Assembly: GCF_009914755.1 (NCBI RefSeq)
Contig: NC_060948.1
Direction: 5' to 3' (one strand)
Source of the DNA: the human T2T-CHM13v2.0 reference genome, Homo sapiens
DNA: 64,000 nt
In this document: positions 55,886 through 64,000 of the stretch, in pieces
Position numbering within the stretch: the first letter of the stretch is position 1
How the letters are laid out: the number at the start of each line of letters is the position of its first letter
The notes under the pieces: generated by a model
What the model was told of the DNA's origin: nothing
What the model saw: only the letters and a program-made list of their open reading frames with translations
Database searches by the model: none
Made by a program: the position numbers and the translations under genes

Positions 55886-56070
55886 GCAGGTCGGCACACT
55901 TTTCTTCACCTTAGTGGTTTCTGTTGCACCTACTTAGTTCCCCCTGTGTAGTGTGAAAACAGCCATAGAAAACCATCAACTCATGGGTGTGGCTGTAGCT
56001 CAATAAAATTTTATTTAGATACACAATCACTGGGCCAAACTTGGCCTGTGGGCCTCAGTTTGCAAACGCA
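55886..56070. mobile_element. MER58-like DNA transposon
   Basis: AAAACAGCCATAGA...GGGTGTGGCTGT...CAATAAAATTTTATTTA...TTGGCCTGTGGGCC..AGTTTGC. Confidence 0.65.
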
Positions 56071-56789
56071 TGATGTAGACAATTTAGGAATAGCATACAG
56101 TGCTCACTGGCTTTCATGAGCTATCAAGACTCCAATTATATATGCCTGTTAAATATTTAATGAAAATTCCAGATTTAATGCCACAAATTGGTGCCCTTAG
56201 TATTTGTTTCAGCTGAAGATGCAAAACCAGCACGACAGCTGCCTGAGAATTAGGTGTCTGCTTTTCTCTGCCAAATAAGCAGTATTTCTAAAAAGTAGTG
56301 ACTAGTAATTTAGCAGATTTTGCTGATGAATCAAGCCAACATTAACTGGGTATAGTGGTTCACTGTACAACTGAAATGGTTTGTGATGCCATTTCTGAGT
56401 GGTATGGTTTAGCAGTGTCATCATTGCAAGAAACAAAGTATGTACTTGGCTTGTTTTAAATCTGTTTTTATTGCCTCGTTAGATGAGATAAATTTTGTAA
56501 AGACCATTTCTTCTCTTGTGAGACTATTGCACCTTTCACTCCAAATGGACAGGGCTTTATGTGAAGGATCCTTCCATCCTTTCTGTGGTTCTTATTTTAA
56601 GGCTTTCTCAGTTTATTTTGATTATACTCTTCTTTTCTCCTTAGGAATAATCTTACCTCGTCTGATTGTCCTCTTTTACTCTAAGGTTTGTGCACAATCG
56701 CATGGAAAGAGTGGCTTACTTTTCAGTAGCAACAACCTAGAACCAAGCTGAAATGTGAGGAGAGTAGAGCTGGGAGTAGTGGCCTTTTA

Positions 56790-56980
56790 GGTGTCACCTC
56801 CCCACCGTGGTGGGGTTGATGGAAACATTTTCGATTGTCACAATGGGAGTGGATGCTACTGGCTTGTGGTGGGTAGAGGCCAGGGGTGCTGCTCAACATG
56901 CTACAATGTATGGGACTGTGTGCACACAGCAAAGAATGATCCTGCCTAAAAGTCAGCCATGCTGTGATTGAGAAACCTTG
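56790..56980 (+). mobile_element. MER20
   Basis: TTGTCACAA...TGCTACTGGC...GGGTAGAGGCCAGGG.TGCTGCT...TTGAGAAACC. Confidence 0.72.
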
Positions 56981-57591
56981 CTGAAGAGAGATTCATCAGG
57001 AATATGCCTTCCAAGTGGGTGGCAAGGCTGCTGGCTTCAGAAATATCTCCAGCCTAGCCCAGATGTGACACTTAAGGAACCCAACCCATCACCCTCACAC
57101 TATCTTTCATTGAGGTACCACCAAGCTCTTTATTCTCTTGCACTTTGATTATTCTCCTGCCCCTTAACTACTTCTGCACCTGCCGCTGGAGCAGTCGTGG
57201 GTGCTTTGTTTGTCACTAACATTCTCATCTTTGTTCCTGTGTGTGTGTTGTTCTCATCTGTGTTCCTGTGTGTGTGTTGTTGGGCAGAAGAGATGTGTTC
57301 AGAGTTGCAGAAAAGCTGAGGAGGCACAAGGCACCAAAGTCTCACCACTCTGGCAGACTGCAAATTAATGTGTTCATTAATTCTGGACCCTAAGTTGGAG
57401 GGGTGAGATGCTGGCAGGAGTGCAGGCAGGGCTGGCCCTGGAAGAGAAGCATCTTCTGTGGAGGTGCTGTGTCTTCCAAGTGCCTTCCACAGCACCCTGG
57501 CACTTGGCCTCAGCAACCATAGCCTAAGATGCTGATGAATCAGGCCTAAGAGGAAGTGGTCAGGCCTCCTCTATTACCTAGTCCTTGGGCA

Positions 57592-57935
57592 TTGTCTCAG
57601 TTTGTTTGGGCTGTAACCAACACCTTAGACTGGGTAATTCATATGCAACAGAAATGTACTGCCCACAGTTCTGGAGGCATCCATGATCAAGGTGCCAGAG
57701 ATTTGCTTTCTGATGAGGTCCTGTTCCTCAGGGATGGCTCCTTCTGTGTCTTCACATGGTGGAATGTGCAGGGGAGCTTGCCTGAACCTCTTTTATATGG
57801 GCACTGATCCCATTCATGAGAGTGAAGCCCTCATGCCTTAATCACTGCCTGAAGTCCCCACCTCTTAATACCATCACTCTAGAGATTTGTCTAGCACATA
57901 CAAATCTGAAAGGAAAACAAACATCCAGAACATGG
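57592..57935 (-). mobile_element. MLT1A/MST-type MaLR LTR
   Basis: TGTCTCAGTTTGTTTGGGCTGT..., CACAGTTCTGGAGGC, CCCCACCTCTTAATACCATCAC. Confidence 0.72.
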
Positions 57936-60661
57936 CAGGCATTATGCTGTCCCTAAATGAATATCAGAACTAGAAAATATCCTAGTGGCCATTTCATTTG
58001 ACATCCTCATTGTACCAACAAGGAAACCTGGGAAAGTGACATTTCTACTTGCTACGGTCTTCTCTCTTGATTGACCCTGTCTGGGGAATGGCTCCTGTCC
58101 CTTGTGTGTGCCTCATCAGCACCTCGAGGTACTTTTTATCTCCACATTGCAGAGGAGAAAATGCAGATGCAGCCAAATGAGGCAATGTGGACCAGGCACC
58201 CAGTGGTAGAGCAAGGACAGAACCCAGCCATCCTGCCTGCTTCTGACATTTTCTCCATTCCACTCGCCTGCTTACCTTCACAAGATCACAAGGCCAAAAA
58301 TCAATAAGAAAGTCTTAAAAGCAAATGGACTGAAAAAACCACTGATTTAGAGCCCATATAGAGATGCATTCCAAGAAATACAACTAGTAAAGATTTCAGC
58401 AGATAAGAGGACTTCTGATAACAGTACGTCCCCTAGGTGTTTATGAAAGTGCCTATTTCCAGTCATGACAACCTGCCCTTTCCAAAAGAGGACCCAAGCT
58501 GATGAAAGATGTTCAAGGTAACAGTACTCCTGTATAACTTTATGCTGCGCATTTGTCATTGTGTATCTGCACAAGAAATTCCTTCCAGCAGACAACTTTC
58601 AGCTCTCTTTGCAGAAGTCTCAGACTACCCACCCTTGGTCCGTCTTTGCTGGTTCATCTCCTTGTTCCAATAAGCTTTAGTTGAATGTGAATACCGTTGT
58701 CCACACAGTCTAGAAATGAAACTTGCATTGGAGAGCATAGTTATGTAGAGAATTAAAGGTATGCAGCCAAACCATGTACTCAACATTAAAAATCCAGATG
58801 AGACAGAAATCAGGGGCACACTCTGCCTTGGGTTAGAGTGAGCATTGCACACCATTCTTTACTAGTTGCCTGAGTTGCACCCAGGCTGACTGCTGTTCAG
58901 AGCTGCCAGTACTCTAGCTGGACAGCCAGATGGCAATGGAGTCTGTGTCCATGCAGGGAATTCAAGAATTTTTGTTCCTCTGCCTGTGGGTCTTGAAGTG
59001 AAAGGTAAAAAGTGTAATCTCGGAGTCACATAGCCTATGGTTCACATTTTGTTTCATCTTCTTATCACATGAACCTTGACCTGATGTTTCCAGTGTTTGT
59101 CGTTCTATGTGAAAGAAAAACAGTACCAACACCCAACAGCTACTGCAAAGACTGAGATAGTTTACAGAGTACTCAGGTTTGGTTGAAGATGGTAATGTGG
59201 TCAGAATCGGCTCTGTTTCACAGGGCATGTGACTGCAGGTGTCAGTTCTGTGGCCCAGTGTGGTTGCAAGAATGCATGAGTGAGACTGGATGAATAAAAT
59301 ATGCGAGAAGCATGAGACTTTTCTTCCACAGTTGATTTGTCAGCCATGAGGTTTGTTTTTCAGGAGCCGTAATCAGCACCTAATGCTGTATTCTTCTGAA
59401 TTCAGTAGATGTTTCTTGATGCTGTTTCATGATGGCTAAGAGTGTTTACTGGCTACCCTGGCTTGGATCTCAGGCCCACCCCTACAAACTGAGCAATGGG
59501 AGGCTGTCAGTTATCTTCAAAAGATCTCAGACACCTGATTTATCAAGGGGAAAGGGGCAGTGATAGAATGGTGCAGAGAGGCTTAAACCCATTGAGTAGG
59601 AGCCACTTGAGTGGCCCCCCATCAGCCATGAGAGTCATGATGTCTATGAGAGAGGAATCACTGTGGCCCAGAGTAGATAAGGAAGATTTCATGCAATGGA
59701 GTCTTGAGCCAAGAATGCAGTGAGGTCCTGCTTCATCCATTGACTGGGGGTTTTTCTATTCCACACTTTGCCAAAGACCTCAATGATAAAAGCTTGCAGG
59801 TGAAACATGGTATAGCATGGCGGGGAGTAGAGTCATTGGTGAATACAAGGGTGGGTTGCTTCATTTGGTAGGAATGGGTAGATGAAAAGGAAGGTGAATA
59901 TACAGAGAGAAACAAGTAAGAAGGTTAGGTTCTTGTAAAGAAACTTGGCTTATGTCCTTCAAAAACACAGTGAGGAATTTCAGTGCACCCCCAGACCACC
60001 TCTGCACCAGGCAAAGTGACCCAGCCCTGCCAGCTAGGGTTGCCTGTATTAGGAAACTCCCTGCAGCACCCTAGACTTGCCGGCAGTAGGATGCCACCTC
60101 CCTCTCTTTGATGAAGGGCTGTCACAGCTTCCCCATCGCCCCTAGACTTCCACAGATGCTCAGTGGCCTTGGCTTCTTTCTTTGAAGCAGGTATCATCCA
60201 CAAGAGCAAGGCATGGCTTTCTGTATATTCAGTACTGACCCCCCGCCCCCCAACAGCTTCATCAAGAGCCTTTATTCAAAGCTGATCTGAAAACACCTTT
60301 AAATTGCCAAGCGTCATTGATCAGCAGCTTCCTACAGTGGCAGTGAAAGAGATGATGCACTGGGGGAGAAAAGGAAAAGAGCCAGTATCTATTAGAAAAG
60401 ATAAAATTCCCAGTATTCTGAGAAAATGATTCAGTGCCACACCAATCAGTGCACAACGGGCTTGTTTCTGTCTTTGGACTTTGGGTTGTAATGCAATTGC
60501 CCCCAGTGCACTTGGGTTCAGTGTTTGCTGTTCCCTCATCTTGGGCTGAAGAAAGGTGCCCTGTGTGCTTGCAGGGGGTGACACAGAGAAGCTTCAGCAT
60601 GACCTTCTGCAAAGTCATGTGAACCATGGAGTCGGGGGATCCTGGAGTCAAATTTCTTTAA

Positions 60662-61022
<361 letters not shown>

Positions 61023-61308
61023 GGTCTCTGCTTTATTCTTAACAATACTGAAGTGGTTCTACCATTAAAGGCCCTTGTTCTAAGATACCAATTTTGGTCT
61101 TCCTGAATCTGAAACCTCTCCCTCTCCCCTTGCCCTTTTCCACCTTACTGAGCCCAAATCAGAAGGGCCCCTGGGCATCCTACAGTGCTGTCTTAGCCCA
61201 CAAATTAAATGTGTTTGAAATCTGCAGGCCACTTTCAGATCTCAATGGCTGCGCGTCCCTCCTTCAATTTGGGTCTCACTCAACGTCAGCTTTCCTCTCT
61301 TGCCGCAG

Positions 61309-61454
61309 GTTTTTCTCACTCGGCTTTCACGTTTGGGATCGAGAGCCACATCAGCCAGTCCAACATCAATGGGACACTAGTGCCACCGTCTGCCCTCATC
61401 TCCATTCTCCAGAAGGGACTGCAGTATGTAGAGGCTGAGATAAGCATCAACAAG
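61309..61454 (+). CDS. TBL1Y: TBL1Y second coding exon ([49 protein letters not shown])
   Basis: Acceptor tttcctctcttgccgcag| and donor AAG|gtatgt, 146 nt. PPSAL and INK match TBL1Y as I recall it (TBL1X has PPAAL and INE); the flanking Y-STRs agree with a Y location. Confidence 0.96.
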
Positions 61455-61566
61455 GTATGTAGCTGCTGGGCCTGGCCCCCAAACAGCAGAGCCCTGGGAA
61501 GGTGCAAGAGGTTGGAACACATTAGAAGCTAAAATGCATTTCCCTCAGGCATTTGGGATTAATTCG

Positions 61567-61859
61567 GCGGCAGGGTGCAGTGGCTCATACCTGTAATCCC
61601 AGGACTTTGAGAGGCTGAGGCAGAAGGATCACTTGAGCCAGGAGTCTGAGACCAACTGGACAACCTGGCGAAACACCATTTCTACAGAAAAATTTAAAGA
61701 TTAGCTGGGTGTGCTGGTACATACCTGTTGTCCCAGCTACTCAGGAATCTGAGCCGAGAGAATGATACTGCCTAAGCCCACAAGGTCAAGGCTGCAGTGA
61801 GCTGTGATCACCCGAGGGCACTCCAGCCTGGGCAACACTGTGAGACCATATATCTAAAA

Positions 61860-61900
<41 letters not shown>
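61567..61900 (+). mobile_element. AluJ-like Alu whose tail is DYS455
   Basis: Dimeric Alu. Confidence 0.88.
61857..61900 (+). repeat. (AAAT)11 microsatellite, Y-STR DYS455, forming an Alu tail
   Basis: 11 perfect units; flanks ATCTGAGCCGAGAGAATGATA and AACACTCGTTTCCACCCC match DYS455 primer sites as I recall them. Confidence 0.88.
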
Positions 61901-61902
<2 letters not shown>

Positions 61903-62554
61903 CGGAAGAACACTCGTTTCCACCCCACTTTGTGTTAACACCTTATTGATGTGTTGTGTGTATACATAGTAACGAGTTTCCAGTGCCCCTCCCACATGGG
62001 TCTGTGTATTTTATTTAAACGTGGAATCACTGGCTGCTGAATGATGGAAACAATTACATTGCCACATCTGAAAATGATGCAGCAAACCCTCAACTGCTCT
62101 GGGCTTCAGAGTGGACTTTTGCCTTGCACATACTATGATTTGCTCTGTCTTCTTCATTTCTTGGAGTAGGTTGAAGCTGTGTTTCCTGGGAACCTGACAG
62201 AGGGCATCACCAGAGGCTACATCAGGGCAGAGAGGTGATAGCTCTTGTGTTAAAGAGAACCTCAAGGATCGCTGTAGAGCTGATGGGGTGGGAGGATGGA
62301 ATCATAAACCCACATTAAAATTTTGCACTTGGCTGGTATCCCATCCCGCTTTTTAGATTGTACCACAATAAGCTATTGTGCCAGTTTTATACAAATTTTG
62401 GTTTTAAACAACACCCCTTTCCCTGTCTTGCCCCATTCTGCTGTAGTCTCAGGAATCTATAGTGAAGATCTTCTCAACTTCTGGGAACTTCTGGAATCCA
62501 CTCTCTTTCTTGCCACCTTCACCTGTGTCTGTTTTATTTTTAAATTAAATTAAT

Positions 62555-62705
62555 GTTTTTTGAGGCAGGGTCTTCCTCTGCAACCAGGCTTGACTGCAGA
62601 GGCACTATCACAGTTCACTGCAGTCTCAACCTCCAAAGCTCAAATGATCCTCCCACCTCAGCCTCCATAGTGCTGGGGCCACAGGCATGCGCCACTATGC
62701 CTGCA
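62555..62705 (-). mobile_element. Alu right monomer / FRAM
   Basis: Reverse Alu motifs. Confidence 0.75.
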
Positions 62706-62994
62706 GTCCGTGTTATTGATTCCTCAGTCCCCAGCTCCATTTTTCTCCTACGCTGACCCAGATGCATGATTCTGCCTAACTTCTCTGTTTTCTACCTGGC
62801 AGTTGGATTTTTCCAGGATTCCCTCTATCCTGTCTTTCTGGGAACCGGTCTCACCCTTAAAAACCTTTCTCCTTTGCAGCATGTTATGTTGCTTTCTTTT
62901 CATGATTTAAAAACCTCTTTTAGAAAAATCACAAAGTAATATATCCTGTTCTCTTTTCTTCTTTCCTTTTTTTGTGGGGGGCGGGTGTGGGGTG

Positions 62995-63272
62995 GACAGG
63001 GTCTCACTCAGTCACCCAAACTGGAGTGCAGTGGCACAATCATAACTCACCACAGCCTCCGCCTCCTGGGGTCACATGATCCTCCTGCTTCAGCCTCTCA
63101 ATTAGCTGGGACTACAGGTGCATGCCAGCACACCCAGCTAATTTTTGTATTTTTTGTGGTGAAGGCATTTTGCCATGTTGCCCACACTGGTCTGAAATTG
63201 CTGGGTTCAGCTGATCCGCCAACCTCTGTCCCCCAAAGTGCTGGGACTACAGATATGAGCCCCTGTACCTAG
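62995..63272 (-). mobile_element. AluJ-like Alu
   Basis: Reverse Alu. Confidence 0.85.
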
Positions 63273-63457
63273 CTCATTTTTTTCTTACATTTTTGCCTGC
63301 CATTTTGCACAAAGCCATAGCTGTAAAAACTCTGGTGTCTGTGCTCTCTCATGCTCTTTCTTCCCTGGCAACCCGTCCATCTCTTTCCCTTCTTCATATT
63401 GGATTCCTGGGATCTTCAAGTTACCCTGCGCAGCACCAACCAGTGTCCTTATCCTAG

Positions 63458-64000
63458 TGTTACCAGTGGAAGGTGTCCAGGTTCTTGGTGTCTTGAACAA
63501 AGAATTGGACAAAACACACAAATAATCAAGGATGGAACAAAGGGATTTATTGAAAATGGAAGTACACTCCACAGTCGGGGAGCCCAAGCCCAAGCATTCG
63601 GGCCCAAGGATCCCATTACAGAATTTTTGGGAGTTTAAATACTCTCTAGAGGATACATTGGTTCCTTGGTGTACACCCTATGTAAATGGAGAGGGTGAAG
63701 TAAAGTTACAAAGTCACTTACTCGGCATATGCTCTATTGAGAGGATATTTCCTGTCATAGTTGAAGTGCGAATCGACCTTATGTTCCCTGCCTCCAGATC
63801 CTATTTCCCTGCCTCATTCCCCCCTAAGAAATGTGATCCTTATAAATATTTATGTGAGGCAGAGGGACCAATGGTCTTTTTTCTGTAACTGCTTCATGCT
63901 GGCTTGTGCCGTAGTTCTGAGCTATTGGGGATCATGGAACTCTCACCCTGCTGTGTCTAGTGGAGGCAGGATAGCTCCTTAATGGCCAGGGGTGCTGTCT
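63458..64000 (-). mobile_element. MER51B-like ERV1 3' LTR (63458-63816) with probable adjoining internal sequence running off the window
   Basis: Minus strand reads TGAGGCAGGGAAATAGGATCTGGAGGCAGGGAACATAAGG...AAGAACCTGGACACCTTCCACTGGTAACA; polypurine-like GGGGGAA immediately precedes the LTR. Confidence 0.78.

Noticed and set aside
61209-61532. 107-aa ORF as a stand-alone gene or processed pseudogene
   Set aside because: Only 61309-61454 is TBL1-like, and it is bounded by splice sites in phase with the upstream exon; the rest is intron read-through.

Overview
This is primate, almost certainly human, Y-chromosome DNA: the 5' part of TBL1Y (transducin beta-like 1, Y-linked) on the + strand, mostly intron. 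Four exons are supported by splice signals: two 5'UTR exons (14136-14230, 39780-39868), the start-codon exon (43365-43472, ATG at 43415) and the next coding exon (61309-61454). The two coding exons encode the N-terminal LisH region [68 protein letters not shown]. Two microsatellites are recognised from their flanks as the forensic Y-STRs DYS570 ((TTTC)18) and DYS455 ((AAAT)11). The rest is mostly interspersed repeats: about 30 Alus, L1PA and old L1M fragments, L2, MaLR and ERV1 LTRs, and MER DNA transposons. I found no new gene or biological system; the ORF-track entries are noise or repeat-derived. The best observations are small-scale: a TBL1X-like N-terminal extension closed by a stop codon, a uORF-laden 5'UTR, templated local duplications that look like repair scars, TSD-less L1 fragments and inverted repeats flanking exons. 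Repeat subfamily names come from remembered consensus sequences, and repeat boundaries are approximate.
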